NCBI GenBank assembly: GCA_964585915.1
Contig: CAZPFU010000004.1
Span: 45,686 to 109,685, forward strand
DNA from: an uncultured Methanomassiliicoccus sp.
GTDB lineage: Archaea > Thermoplasmatota > Thermoplasmata > Methanomassiliicoccales > UBA472
Direction of reading: 5' to 3'
DNA: 64,000 nt
In this document: positions 51,895 through 61,516 of the stretch, piece after piece
Layout of the letters: the number at the start of each line of letters is the position of its first letter
Position numbering within the stretch: position 1 is the first letter of the stretch
Notes under the pieces: model-generated
The model's input: the letters and a program-made list of their open reading frames with translations, nothing else
The model's database searches: none
What the model was told of the DNA's origin: nothing
Position numbers and translations under genes: made by a program

Positions 51895-52680
51895 ATGAAG
51901 GCAAGGATAGGCATAATCGGTGGGACCGGGGTCTACGACCCCAAGATGTTCGAGCTCAAGGAGACCGTCCGCCCGCACACCCCGTACGGGCCGGCCTCGG
52001 ACGAGATCCAGGTCGGGGAGCTCAAGGGCGTTCCCGTAGCATTCCTGCCGAGGCACGGCCGCGGCCATGTCATTCCGCCGCACATGATCAACTACCGCGC
52101 CAACATCTACGCCCTGAAGCAGCTGGGCGTGGACCGGATAATCTCGCCCTGCGCCGTGGGCTCTCTCCAGGAGGAGTTCAAGCCAGGCGAGATCGTCCTG
52201 GTGGACCAGTTCATAGATCTCACCAAATCCCGCAAGTACACCTTCTTCGACGGGCCGAAGACCGTCCACATCGGCGCGGCCGACCCCTTCTGCCCGGAGG
52301 TGAACTCCCTCTTCGCCAAGGAGGCCAAGAAGGCCAAGATACCCGTGCATGACGGCGGGACGTACGTATGCATCGAGGGACCGCGGTTCTCCACCCGCGC
52401 GGAGAGCAGGATGTACCGGGCCTTCGCCGACGTGATAGGAATGACGTTGGCGCCAGAATGCGCCCTGGCCCGGGAGATGGAGATGTGCTACACGAGCTTG
52501 GCGATGATCACCGACTACGACGTTTGGGCGGACCATCCCGTGGACACCGCCACCATCTTGAGGACCATGTCGGAGAACATGGACAAGATCAGGAAGCTGC
52601 TCTCGGCCACCATCCCCAGGATACCAGAGGAAAGGAAGAAGTGCTCCTGCGGGAGCGTTCTGGCCGACGCCGGTGCCTAA
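51895..52680 (+). CDS. mtnP: S-methyl-5'-thioadenosine phosphorylase / purine nucleoside phosphorylase family
   Basis: IGIIGGTG, FLPRHGRGH.IPPH.INYRANI, GTYVCIEGPRFST, VIGMT. Confidence 0.9.
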   Translation: MKARIGIIGGTGVYDPKMFELKETVRPHTPYGPASDEIQVGELKGVPVAFLPRHGRGHVIPPHMINYRANIYALKQLGVDRIISPCAVGSLQEEFKPGEIVLVDQFIDLTKSRKYTFFDGPKTVHIGAADPFCPEVNSLFAKEAKKAKIPVHDGGTYVCIEGPRFSTRAESRMYRAFADVIGMTLAPECALAREMEMCYTSLAMITDYDVWADHPVDTATILRTMSENMDKIRKLLSATIPRIPEERKKCSCGSVLADAGA

Positions 52681-53132
52681 AGCGAAGCCACGGCCTTCAT
52701 GGCCTCTTCGGCGTGCTCCTTGGAGCGCAGCGGGGAGTTATAGACCATGCGTATCTTCCAGTCGCGGTCGATGACGTAGGTGGTCCGAGCTGGCGTACCT
52801 CCGAGGCCGTAGGCACCGAAGGCCCTCCTCAGTTCCTGCCTTTCATCGCTGAGCAAGGTGAACGTGAGCTCGTGGTCCACCGCGAACTCCTTGTGCGTCT
52901 TGACATCGTCGGAGGAGACCCCTATGACCTCGGCGCCGGCCGCCTGGAACCTCTCGTGCATCTGGCGGAAGGCCACCGCCTCCATGGTGCACACCTTGGT
53001 GAAATCGGCCGGATAGAAATAGAGCACCAGGGCCTTCTTTCCCTTGATGTCCCTGGAGCCGACCATCCTGCCGTCCTGGTCTGGCAGATCGAAATCGGGG
53101 GCGGTGTCGCCCTCCTGCAGCTTTCCCTTCAT
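52677..53132 (-). CDS. bcp: peroxiredoxin, Bcp-type thiol peroxidase
   Basis: APDFDLPDQDG, VLYFYPADFTKVCTME peroxidatic Cys context. Confidence 0.85.
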   Translation of the reverse strand: MKGKLQEGDTAPDFDLPDQDGRMVGSRDIKGKKALVLYFYPADFTKVCTMEAVAFRQMHERFQAAGAEVIGVSSDDVKTHKEFAVDHELTFTLLSDERQELRRAFGAYGLGGTPARTTYVIDRDWKIRMVYNSPLRSKEHAEEAMKAVASL

Positions 53133-53219
53133 GGACGATTAGATGGAAGGCCGGCACATATTAAGGATTCGAAAAGGGACTGAAACATTTTTATTTCCAT
53201 TAAAGACATACTATTGGTC

Positions 53220-53450
53220 ATGACCTGCTACTTCCGGCATCTCGACCCCGTGTTCAGAAGGGCGGGGCTGCAGATAGACATCGACAACCGAAAGCGGGTC
53301 GACATGATCATCCACGAGATGGTCGGCGTGAAGTACAAGGACTGCTCGCATACCTGGGCGGCCGTCAAGGAGATGCTGAAGGACGAGGACGCCTTCGTGG
53401 AGCGACTACGGGCGGAATGCCAGGCCCACAACATCTACCTGGACTACTGA
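53220..53450 (+). CDS. small conserved hypothetical protein
   Basis: 76-78 aa ORF (ATG 53220; TTG 53214), MTCYFRHLDPVFRRAG...; TATA-like TTTTTATTT about 30 nt upstream; no family name recalled. Confidence 0.5.
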   Translation: MTCYFRHLDPVFRRAGLQIDIDNRKRVDMIIHEMVGVKYKDCSHTWAAVKEMLKDEDAFVERLRAECQAHNIYLDY

Positions 53451-53451
53451 T

Positions 53452-53835
53452 TCATTCGCCGATGTGCTTACGGTAGGCGGAGGCGTCCATCAGCTTTGCC
53501 AGCTCGCTTGGGTCGGATAACCTGATCTTGGCGATCCAGCCACTGCCATAGGGGGACTTGTTCATCTGGGACGGGTCGTCGTCCAGAGGACCGTTCACCT
53601 CGATCACCTCGCCGGAGACCGCGGCGTACACGTCGGCGGTGTTCTTGACGCTCTCCACCACAGCCAGCACGTCGCCCTTCTTGAGCTTGGCTCCTTTCTT
53701 GGGCAGCTGGACGTAGACGAACTCGGTGAGCTCGCCCTGGGCGTGGTCGGTGATGCCCACGGTGGCGACCTCGCCGTCTACCTGAGCCCATTCGTGGTCC
53801 TTGGTGTAGTGGAGTCCCTCTGGTACCTCGCTCAT
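53452..53835 (-). CDS. gcvH: glycine cleavage system protein H (lipoyl carrier)
   Basis: YTKDHEW, GITDHAQ, lipoyl-Lys motif VESVKNTADVYAAVSGEV. Confidence 0.9.
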   Translation of the reverse strand: MSEVPEGLHYTKDHEWAQVDGEVATVGITDHAQGELTEFVYVQLPKKGAKLKKGDVLAVVESVKNTADVYAAVSGEVIEVNGPLDDDPSQMNKSPYGSGWIAKIRLSDPSELAKLMDASAYRKHIGE

Positions 53836-53927
53836 GCTATCCCTCTTCGGAACGGATTACGGATATTTATGCCTCGTGCGGTAGGGACTGACAAGGAATA
53901 TATATCCGGGGCTGGATGGAAAGGGGC

Positions 53928-56117
53928 ATGCGGATAACCGTGAGAGGGGTGGTCCAGGGGGTCGGCTTCCGACCGACGGTGCATCGCCTGGCCAGGTCCA
54001 TGGGCCTTCACGGTTACGTGCAGAACAACGGATCCAACGTGGTCATCGAGATCGATGGAGACCCGGAGGAATTCGTCCGGCGGCTCCGGGAGGCGCTGCC
54101 GCCCCTGGCCCGTCTGGACGAGGTGGTCATCGCCGCGGGGCTTCCCGACCCCGAACTGAAGGCCATGGGCTTCCGGATAGTCCCTAGCCAGCAGGGCACC
54201 AGGGGGGTAGGCATACCCAACGATACCGCCGTTTGCGACTCGTGCCTGAGGGAGATGTTCGATCCCTCTGACAGACGCTATCTCTACCCTTTCACCAACT
54301 GCACCGACTGCGGCGCGCGCTTCACCGTGATCGAGGACCTGCCGTACGATCGCGACAAGACGTCCATGCGCCCGTTCCCGCTATGCCCGGAGTGCCAGAA
54401 GGAATATGGCGATCCGGACGCCAGGCGGTTCCATCACCAGACCGTCACCTGCCCGGTCTGCGGCCCCCGCTACTATCTGCTGGACCGCGACGGTGGAAGG
54501 GACGATGAGGGGCCGATAGAGAAGTTCGCCTTCCGTCTGCACCAGGGAAGCATCGGCGTGGCCAAGAGCTGGGGCGGGATGCACCTCTGCTGTACCTTGG
54601 ACCGTCTGCCGCATATGCGCGAGTGGTACCGCCGCAAGGAGAAGCCGTTCGCCATCATGGTCCGGGACCTGAAGGCCCTGGAAAGATACGGCATGCCTTC
54701 CGAGCATGACCGGGAGCTGCTGACCTCCAGCCACCGGCCGATCGTGCTGGTCCCTAAGGTCGATAGCGACATCACGGAACTGGTGGCCCCCGGACTGGAC
54801 ACCATCGGGGTCTTCCTTCCCTACACCTCGATGCAGCACCTGCTGTTCCATCACCTGCAGGAGGACGCCCTGGTGATGACCTCGGCGAACGTTCCCGGCG
54901 AACCGATGGTGCTGCGGGAGTCGGACGCCCTCACCCTGGGCGCGGACATGTACCTGATGCACAACCGGGAGATAATCAACCGCTGCGACGATTCCGTGGT
55001 GCGATCGTTCCAGGACAAGACCTATTACATTCGAAAGTCCAGAGGGCACATACCCTCACACATCGACCTCCCCTTGGACGGCGTGGCCATCGGCGTGGGG
55101 GCCCAGGAGGGGCTGGCCGGAGCCCTGTCCCATGAAAAAAGGCTCTACGCCACGCAGTACATCGGCGACGCCACCTCCCCGGGGGTGCTGGAGTTCCTGG
55201 AGGAGAGCCTGAAGTATCTGAGGCGGCTGCTCGGCGCCGAAGAGCTCGATGCCATCGGCATGGACCTTCACCCCGGCCATTCGACCAGACGGCTGGCCAA
55301 GCGTTGGGCGGAGGAGGGCGGAATAGAGCCGGTGGAGGTGCAGCACCACCATGCGCACGCCGCCGCCCTGCTGGTGGAATCGAAGCTGGATGAGATGGTG
55401 GCTATCACCATCGACGGCACCGGCTACGGCGACGACGGGGTGGCCTGGGGCGGAGAGGTGCTCCTTTCCAACCTGAAGGACTACCGCCGCGTCGGCCATC
55501 TTGAAGAGGTGCCTCTGCTGGGCGGGGAGAAGGCCGTCTACGACGTGCGCAGGATCGCATTCGCGCTGGCGGAAATGACCGGCGGAGGACTGGACTACTT
55601 CAACGAGAGCGAACGGGAGCTGTTCCGCAAGATGATGCCCCGTTCCGGCCTGAGCACCTCGTTCGGCAGGGTGCTGGACGGGATATCCGCTTACCTGGAC
55701 ATATGTCGATACCGCAGCTACGACGGCGAGCCGGCCATGAAGCTGGAGAGGTGGCTGAACGAAGCCAAGCGCCTGGACCTGGTGCCGACCGTTAGACGCG
55801 CGGACGTCATCGACACCCCGGCCATGTTCCGCTGCATGATGGAAGCTCGGGGGAGCAGGGCCGACCGGGCCGGCAGCATGGTTCACGCCATGGTGCGCGG
55901 GCTGGTCGATATCGCGGCCGAGAGAGCGGAGGACGAGGGCATGGAGCATATAGGCCTCAGCGGCGGCGTGAGCTACAACCGGGCCATCTCCACCTGGACG
56001 AAGGAGATCGTGGAATCCCGCGGCCTCAAGTTCGTCTGCCATGACCTGACGCCCAACGGCGACGGTTGCATATCCACCGGGCAGTGCGCGGTGGCCCTAT
56101 CACGGACCAGGGGCTAG
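53928..56117 (+). CDS. hypF: [NiFe]-hydrogenase maturation carbamoyltransferase HypF
   Basis: Acylphosphatase VRGVVQGVGFRP; two Zn-finger pairs CDSC...CTDCGARFT and CPEC...CPVCGP; YrdC- and Kae1-like C-terminal domains; longest ORF starts 53916. Confidence 0.9.
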   Translation: MRITVRGVVQGVGFRPTVHRLARSMGLHGYVQNNGSNVVIEIDGDPEEFVRRLREALPPLARLDEVVIAAGLPDPELKAMGFRIVPSQQGTRGVGIPNDTAVCDSCLREMFDPSDRRYLYPFTNCTDCGARFTVIEDLPYDRDKTSMRPFPLCPECQKEYGDPDARRFHHQTVTCPVCGPRYYLLDRDGGRDDEGPIEKFAFRLHQGSIGVAKSWGGMHLCCTLDRLPHMREWYRRKEKPFAIMVRDLKALERYGMPSEHDRELLTSSHRPIVLVPKVDSDITELVAPGLDTIGVFLPYTSMQHLLFHHLQEDALVMTSANVPGEPMVLRESDALTLGADMYLMHNREIINRCDDSVVRSFQDKTYYIRKSRGHIPSHIDLPLDGVAIGVGAQEGLAGALSHEKRLYATQYIGDATSPGVLEFLEESLKYLRRLLGAEELDAIGMDLHPGHSTRRLAKRWAEEGGIEPVEVQHHHAHAAALLVESKLDEMVAITIDGTGYGDDGVAWGGEVLLSNLKDYRRVGHLEEVPLLGGEKAVYDVRRIAFALAEMTGGGLDYFNESERELFRKMMPRSGLSTSFGRVLDGISAYLDICRYRSYDGEPAMKLERWLNEAKRLDLVPTVRRADVIDTPAMFRCMMEARGSRADRAGSMVHAMVRGLVDIAAERAEDEGMEHIGLSGGVSYNRAISTWTKEIVESRGLKFVCHDLTPNGDGCISTGQCAVALSRTRG

Positions 56118-56629
56118 GCCTGCAGGGCATCACGGACCGCCATCCAGGCCTGTAGACGGTCGGACCACCTCATGGCGTTGGCCGGCGAGGACGAAGGCAG
56201 CACCTTCACCGTTCCATTGAACGCCCCCCGATGATATCTGAGATAGAACTTGAAGGCGGTCCTGCCGTTGACGAAAACCTGACGGACGCTGTCGTTCTCC
56301 TTAAGGAAGGCCGCGAGATCGTTAGGGACCGGGTTGATGATGGTGTGGTCCCTGCTGCCCCGGATGTCACACTCCGCCAGCACGTCCCAGACGGCGATCC
56401 TGCGCCTTTTCAGCATATCGCATCTGCCCGGGTAGTCCTCGATCGCGCTCTCGCCAAGCACCTCCGACATCAGCCGCCAGAAGTGGTTCAGAGGATTGCC
56501 GTAATACTGTCCTCTCAGGGCGGACTGGACGCTGGGTATCGTTCCCAGAACGAGCACCGCGGGCTCGCTGCCCAGGACCGGAGGGAGCCCGACCCGGTGC
56601 TCCCTCCCTTCGTGCTCGGACCGACCCAT
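56114..56629 (-). CDS. uracil-DNA glycosylase superfamily protein, hypoxanthine/deoxyinosine DNA glycosylase type
   Basis: LVLGTIPSVQS...GQYYGNPLNHFWRLM pattern of family-6 UDG-like enzymes. Confidence 0.7.
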   Translation of the reverse strand: MGRSEHEGREHRVGLPPVLGSEPAVLVLGTIPSVQSALRGQYYGNPLNHFWRLMSEVLGESAIEDYPGRCDMLKRRRIAVWDVLAECDIRGSRDHTIINPVPNDLAAFLKENDSVRQVFVNGRTAFKFYLRYHRGAFNGTVKVLPSSSPANAMRWSDRLQAWMAVRDALQA

Positions 56630-56734
56630 GACCGCTCGGATGGCTTTGGGAGGATATATGGATGCCCGGGGTTGGACGATACGACCAACAGATATTATAT
56701 GGCCAAGGCCATTCGGAAGCGTCAGGCCTGTTAA

Positions 56735-57784
56735 ATGAGGAAACTAATAATCCTGCTGGACGGCGCGGCCGACGAGCGCATATCCATATTCAACAACCGC
56801 ACCCCCCTGGAGGCGGCCCGCAAGGACTTCCTGGACGGCGTGGCCCGCGAAGGGAAGGTAGGCACCACCGATGGTAAGGATTACACCCACACGTTCCTTT
56901 TAGAACTGCTGACCGGCAAACCTTACGACATTCCCCGGGGAGTGATCGAGGCCTATGGCTTGGAACTCCCCATTGGCGAAGGCCGCGTCGCCTACCGCAT
57001 GACCCCGGCCAAGGTGCACGATCACAACGTGGAATGGTATTACAACATCACCTGCGACGAGGAGATGTTCCTGCAGCGGGCCATCATCAAGAACCGCTCC
57101 AAGCTGGCGGGGATGGACCCCAAGATCCTGGCCTATCATGGCGGCAAAGGCGTCCTGACGGTGAAGGGCGATGAGATCCTGAACTTGCCGAAGCCGCCCG
57201 GCCCGGCGCAGATAAGCTCCGAGGACCTCGGTCCCTTCCTGGACTTTGCCAAGGGCGTCAGGGAGAGCACCGGCGGCATAGCGCTCCTACCCTGGGGTGG
57301 AGGTCTGGGCAAGGTCGCCGTGGACGTCCGACGGGAGATCTCCAAGGTCCCGGACCTGAAGGTCATTTCCAAGAGCCCTTCCGCCCTGGGCGTGGGCAAG
57401 TTCCTGGGCATGGAAACCCATCGCGTACCAGGCTTCAAGGAGGGCATCAAGGTGGCCGCCCAGGCCTTGGATGCGGACGACGTGTTCCTGCACATAGAGG
57501 AGACGGACGACATCAGCCACAAGTGCAATCCCAAGAACAAGCTCAAGCTCATCGAGGATATCGATCGGGAGCTGCTGCGCTACGAGAAGCGCTTCCGGGA
57601 ATGCCAGGTGGCGCTGCTGATCGATCACGGCGCCTCGTCCTTGACCGGGGAGCACCTGCGCATGAAGGTCCCCTACGCCGTGCGCGGCGGGCGTTGGACC
57701 GGAAAAGGGAGCGACGGATTCCACGAGAACGGCGGTGAAAACGTTCCCCTGGGAACGCTGCTGGACACCATCCTCGAGGATTGA
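56735..57784 (+). CDS. alkaline-phosphatase-superfamily metalloenzyme related to archaeal cofactor-independent phosphoglycerate mutase (ApgM), short divergent form
   Basis: IILLDGAAD N-terminus, HIEETDDISH and LIDHGAS metal-ligand motifs; 349 aa, shorter than typical ApgM as I recall it. Confidence 0.6.
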   Translation: MRKLIILLDGAADERISIFNNRTPLEAARKDFLDGVAREGKVGTTDGKDYTHTFLLELLTGKPYDIPRGVIEAYGLELPIGEGRVAYRMTPAKVHDHNVEWYYNITCDEEMFLQRAIIKNRSKLAGMDPKILAYHGGKGVLTVKGDEILNLPKPPGPAQISSEDLGPFLDFAKGVRESTGGIALLPWGGGLGKVAVDVRREISKVPDLKVISKSPSALGVGKFLGMETHRVPGFKEGIKVAAQALDADDVFLHIEETDDISHKCNPKNKLKLIEDIDRELLRYEKRFRECQVALLIDHGASSLTGEHLRMKVPYAVRGGRWTGKGSDGFHENGGENVPLGTLLDTILED

Positions 57785-57786
57785 TC

Positions 57787-57846
57787 TTTTTTTATCGCAT
57801 CCAACTCGGGAATAGGTTAAATATCTTCTTCGCATTGAGTTGGATG
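57787..57846 (+). terminator. T7 tract followed by 10-bp inverted repeat (CATCCAACTC ... GAGTTGGATG, 29-nt loop)
   Basis: T7 at 57787-93 directly after stop; IR arms 57798-57807 and 57837-57846. Confidence 0.35.
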
Positions 57847-57889
57847 ATACAACCAATTAGCTGTTGCGTCCAATCCAGAGGTTCTGATC

Positions 57890-58993
57890 ATGCATAAGGC
57901 GGACATCATCTACGCGTCGGAGGAGCAGGCGGGAAGGAAGTTCGTGGAGAGGGTCTGGGGCAAGCGCCCGACCTACGCCGTGGTCATCGGCAACACCGAG
58001 ACGGCCAAGATCCCTGGCGTGTCCGCCGCCGGCGCGGTGCCGGAGATAACCGACTTCACCCCCGCGGCCGACGTGGAGCTTCTGCATTACGGCCGCTGCA
58101 AGTGCATCGACGGCGTGCCGGTGACGCCAACCGGCGTTCCCACCCCGGGGATCATCACCATGAGCGCCCTTCAGCTCGTTTCCATGCCCACCTTCGCCAT
58201 CAACGCCGGCGTCCGTGTCAGGCCGCATACGCCGTACTTCGAGCTGGAAGGCGTTCCGGGCGAGGACATCCGCACCGGCAAGGCCCTCAAGGACCCCCGC
58301 CGGGTGTACGAGAACGCCGTTCTGTTGGGCAGGGAGATGGCCAAGGGCAGCGAGTACCTGGTGATCGGGGAGAGCATTGCGGGCGGGACCACCACCGCTC
58401 TGGCCGTGCTCATGGCCATGGGATACGACGGGCAGGGCAAGGTCTCCAGCTCGATGATCGATAACCCCCACTCCCTTAAGGAGAGGATAGTTTCGGAGGG
58501 CATCTCCAACTCCCCCTTCAGCAGGGAGGAGATGAAGGCCGACCCGTTGAAGGCGACCGCGGCCGTGGGCGATCCGATGATGCCCGCCGCGGCGGGCGTG
58601 GTCGCGGGGGCCGCGGAGAGCATCCCGGTGATCATGGCCGGGGGCACCCAGATGGCCGCGGTGATGGCCATCGTGAAGGGGCTGGCGCCTAACGTCCTTT
58701 CGAACATCGCCCTGGGCACCACTAAGTGGATCGTCAATGACCGCACCTCCGACGTTCGCTCGATAGTCAGGCAGATCGGCAACGTTCCCATACTCGCTGC
58801 GGACCTGGACTTCGGACCGTCCCAGCATGATGGCCTCAATGTCTACGAGAAGGGACTGGTCAAGGAGGGTGTGGGCGCCGGCGGAATTTCGGTGGCGGCC
58901 TTCCTGGCCTCGCAGGGGAAGATCGGCAAGGCGGATATGCTGGCCAAGGTCGAGGAGAACTACGTCCAGCTCATGAGGATCATGGGCAAGTGA
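57890..58993 (+). CDS. cobT: nicotinate-nucleotide--dimethylbenzimidazole phosphoribosyltransferase, archaeal CobT type (UPF0284)
   Basis: VIGNTETAKIPGVSAAG, GESIAGGTTTA, GDPMMPA motifs. Confidence 0.8.
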   Translation: MHKADIIYASEEQAGRKFVERVWGKRPTYAVVIGNTETAKIPGVSAAGAVPEITDFTPAADVELLHYGRCKCIDGVPVTPTGVPTPGIITMSALQLVSMPTFAINAGVRVRPHTPYFELEGVPGEDIRTGKALKDPRRVYENAVLLGREMAKGSEYLVIGESIAGGTTTALAVLMAMGYDGQGKVSSSMIDNPHSLKERIVSEGISNSPFSREEMKADPLKATAAVGDPMMPAAAGVVAGAAESIPVIMAGGTQMAAVMAIVKGLAPNVLSNIALGTTKWIVNDRTSDVRSIVRQIGNVPILAADLDFGPSQHDGLNVYEKGLVKEGVGAGGISVAAFLASQGKIGKADMLAKVEENYVQLMRIMGK

Positions 58994-59606
58994 GCCGCTG
59001 GTGCATAACCTTCTCGGCCTTCCTCAGGTCGGAGATGGTGTTGACGTTGATCGCCACGTCCGGAGTGTCGGCGACGTAATAGCTTCCCGGCAGATATTCC
59101 CGGGTCAGCATTCTCAGCCGATCCACCACGCTCACCCCGCAGGGCATCAGCGGACGGCCGTCCACGTTCTCGTAGAACGTTACATCCACCCCGAACTCCA
59201 GAGCCCTTTCCAACGGTATCCCGACGGTCAGGGACTGCTCCTTCCTTTTCAGGTATTCCTTTACAATATCATCGACCAGCTCCGCTCTCAGCAGCGGCAG
59301 GTCGGCCGGGCAGATGAAGATGTGCTCTTCAGATATCCCTTCCGCCGCCTGGATCAGGTCGTGGCAGTACTCAGTGCCGGACGTGTCGATGGTCCGCGCG
59401 CCTATCTCCTTCAGGTGCTGCCGGGTCCTAGGAACGTTATCGCTCACCGAAACGTAGACGGAGGATATCTCGTCCACCAGCATCATCTGCTCCAGCACAT
59501 GGTCGACCATCGGCCGGCCGTGCAGAAGGGCCATGGGCTTCTCCACCCCTAGTTCCCTGATCCTGGTCCCCCGCCCTCCGGCGGTGATCAGCGCGGCCAC
59601 GCTCAT
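58980..59606 (-). CDS. cobY: adenosylcobinamide-phosphate guanylyltransferase CobY
   Basis: NTP-transferase N-terminus ALITAGGRGTR...KPM; start ATG 59606 (ATGA overlap with cobS stop); the ORF-track extension to 59807 overlaps cobS and is rejected. Confidence 0.8.
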   Translation of the reverse strand: MSVAALITAGGRGTRIRELGVEKPMALLHGRPMVDHVLEQMMLVDEISSVYVSVSDNVPRTRQHLKEIGARTIDTSGTEYCHDLIQAAEGISEEHIFICPADLPLLRAELVDDIVKEYLKRKEQSLTVGIPLERALEFGVDVTFYENVDGRPLMPCGVSVVDRLRMLTREYLPGSYYVADTPDVAINVNTISDLRKAEKVMHQRLTCP

Positions 59607-60355
59607 AGCGCCACCAGCAGCAATAGGACGATCAGTACCACCGGCCGGCAGATCTCGTTCGTGGCGCCCATCACGTCGCCGTTCACCGCCCCGAAGTTCT
59701 TCATGGCCACGCCGCTGATGAGCAATCCGGTTATTGCGCTGACCAGCCCACCGGCGATGGTGAACAGGACGATACTGTCGATATTCCAATACATGGTGGG
59801 CAGGCACACCAGCAGGACCAGGCTGAAGGCCAGCATGATCGATATGACCAGCGAGATCAGGGCCTGCTTGCCCTTGGTGTTGGAGACGAAAGAGTTTCCC
59901 AGTCCCTCCCGGGCCTTGCCCCCGAAGGCGCAGAAGACCATGGCGTTCTTGTTCATGATCTCGGCGATGAGCGGGAAGAAGAGCAGCTCGGCCTTGCCGG
60001 TCAGCGAAGCTAGCGCGGCGAAGCTCAGAATGGTGAAAACTAGCGCGTACCCAACGCCTCCGGCGCCGGTCTTAGAGTCCTTCATGGCCGCCATTCTGCG
60101 TTCGGCATCTCCGCCGCAGACCATCCCGTCCCCGAAGTCGCTCAGCCCGTCCAGGTGCAGGAAGCGGTTGAGCAGGTGGAACATGGCCAGGACCATGGCG
60201 GCCAGGACGGCCGTGGAAAGGAGGTCCTCCCCCAGGTAGAACACCCCCGAGGCCAGGACCCCGTACAGCGCGCCTATGAACACTACGAGATAGAACCTTC
60301 GAGATAGGTCGTCCACGTCCTGGCCGTCCACCTTGGCCGGCAGGACCGTGAACAT
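59603..60355 (-). CDS. cobS: adenosylcobinamide-GDP ribazoletransferase (cobalamin synthase) CobS; true start uncertain
   Basis: Polytopic membrane protein, LTMFTVLP N-terminal motif, HLDGLSDFGDG; first canonical start is ATG 60355 although conserved-looking SVLGALKAAL lies upstream in frame. Confidence 0.8.
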   Translation of the reverse strand: MFTVLPAKVDGQDVDDLSRRFYLVVFIGALYGVLASGVFYLGEDLLSTAVLAAMVLAMFHLLNRFLHLDGLSDFGDGMVCGGDAERRMAAMKDSKTGAGGVGYALVFTILSFAALASLTGKAELLFFPLIAEIMNKNAMVFCAFGGKAREGLGNSFVSNTKGKQALISLVISIMLAFSLVLLVCLPTMYWNIDSIVLFTIAGGLVSAITGLLISGVAMKNFGAVNGDVMGATNEICRPVVLIVLLLLVAL

Positions 60356-60378
60356 GGTGAGGGCGGCCTTGAGCGCGC

Positions 60379-61515
60379 CTAGGACAGACGTCCTTCTCCC
60401 TCCAGTATCTCCGAGTATATGGTGGACATGGTGGCCCCTATCAACGACGCGACTATGTCGTCCATGAACGGACCCAGCTTGGACAGTATCCCCGGCTTCT
60501 TCTTGTCGTAGCGGATGTACTCGAAGACGCACTTCGAACCGCCTATGTACTCCGCGAGGGCTATCCCAAGCAGTTCGTCCGCCAGCAGGTGCACCGGGTC
60601 CTCCTGGTACGTGGCCTCGGGAAGCCCGTACAGTTGGCCATAGCGCCCCTTCTCCTCCAGGAGCATGGCCGCGGTGAGCAAAGCGTTCACGTTCACATCC
60701 TTGGCCAGCAGTTCGAGCTTCCTCTCGAACCTCTTGCGTATATCAGCCTCGTCCCAAGCCGGGTCCAGGGCGTTCATCTCCTTGACCGCGCTCCACATGT
60801 CGTCGTAGGTGATACCGCGTATGGCCAGATGCCTCAGGAAGTGCACGGAATCTCCGTTCGCCCCCTTCCACTTGGTTATCGATTCACCTAATGCGGACCG
60901 TACGGCCACGGCCATGGCGATGCCGTGATCGGAAGAGCTTCCGGACCACAGGCATCTCTTCCCCTCGGAGGGGCACATCACCAGCACCGCGTCGCTGGTG
61001 GTCCCCGTCCCGGGGATATGATGGTCTTGAAGAGCGGCGGCCTTGGCTTCCGTGACGGTCATTATGGCGTTGGCCAGAGCGCAGTCGTCCAACGGTTCGT
61101 CCGTAACCACCATCACGTTGATCGTCCCGACCTGGCGGTGCGGAACGCTGCCCTCCCGGGACGATTCGCCGGCCCGGATGGCATTGGAAATGCCGGCGCT
61201 GACGAACGCCAGGGCCTCTGATCCGTTCTGCTCTATACCTTTCGAACAGAACGCCTTGTCCAGCTCGGCGGCGGTCATGAAGCATACGGTGTCCGGGGGA
61301 AGTTTCAGACGAGGGAGCAGGGAGCGCATGTGCTCGATCGGATCGGCGTGATCGTAGTGCAGGGAGACCTGCAGCATAAGTACGGAATCGGTCTCCCCCA
61401 GACCCCCGTTCAGTATCGTCGACGCCATTGCGCGCAGGCGGCGCGGCAATCTTATCGCCACGTACTTGTGACCGTCCACCGCGCCCTTCTCGATCCGCAC
61501 TTCGCTCAGTTTCAT
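60379..61515 (-). CDS. cbiS: bifunctional adenosylcobinamide amidohydrolase / alpha-ribazole phosphatase (CbiZ-CobZ fusion, CbiS-like)
   Basis: N-half CbiZ-like (STILNGGLG, GTINVMVV, TEAKAAAL, GTGTTSDA); C-half PgpA/CobZ-like helical domain; ATG 61515 after AGGTG SD (GTG 61524 alternative). Confidence 0.7.
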   Translation of the reverse strand: MKLSEVRIEKGAVDGHKYVAIRLPRRLRAMASTILNGGLGETDSVLMLQVSLHYDHADPIEHMRSLLPRLKLPPDTVCFMTAAELDKAFCSKGIEQNGSEALAFVSAGISNAIRAGESSREGSVPHRQVGTINVMVVTDEPLDDCALANAIMTVTEAKAAALQDHHIPGTGTTSDAVLVMCPSEGKRCLWSGSSSDHGIAMAVAVRSALGESITKWKGANGDSVHFLRHLAIRGITYDDMWSAVKEMNALDPAWDEADIRKRFERKLELLAKDVNVNALLTAAMLLEEKGRYGQLYGLPEATYQEDPVHLLADELLGIALAEYIGGSKCVFEYIRYDKKKPGILSKLGPFMDDIVASLIGATMSTIYSEILEGEGRLS

Positions 61516-61516
61516 C

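Noticed and set aside
57847-57889. Possible C/D-box sRNA or cobalamin riboswitch upstream of cobT (GGATGATA ... CTGA).
   Set aside because: There is no canonical RUGAUGA C box and no internal C'/D' boxes. The 105-nt spacer is too short and lacks anything resembling a B12 box.
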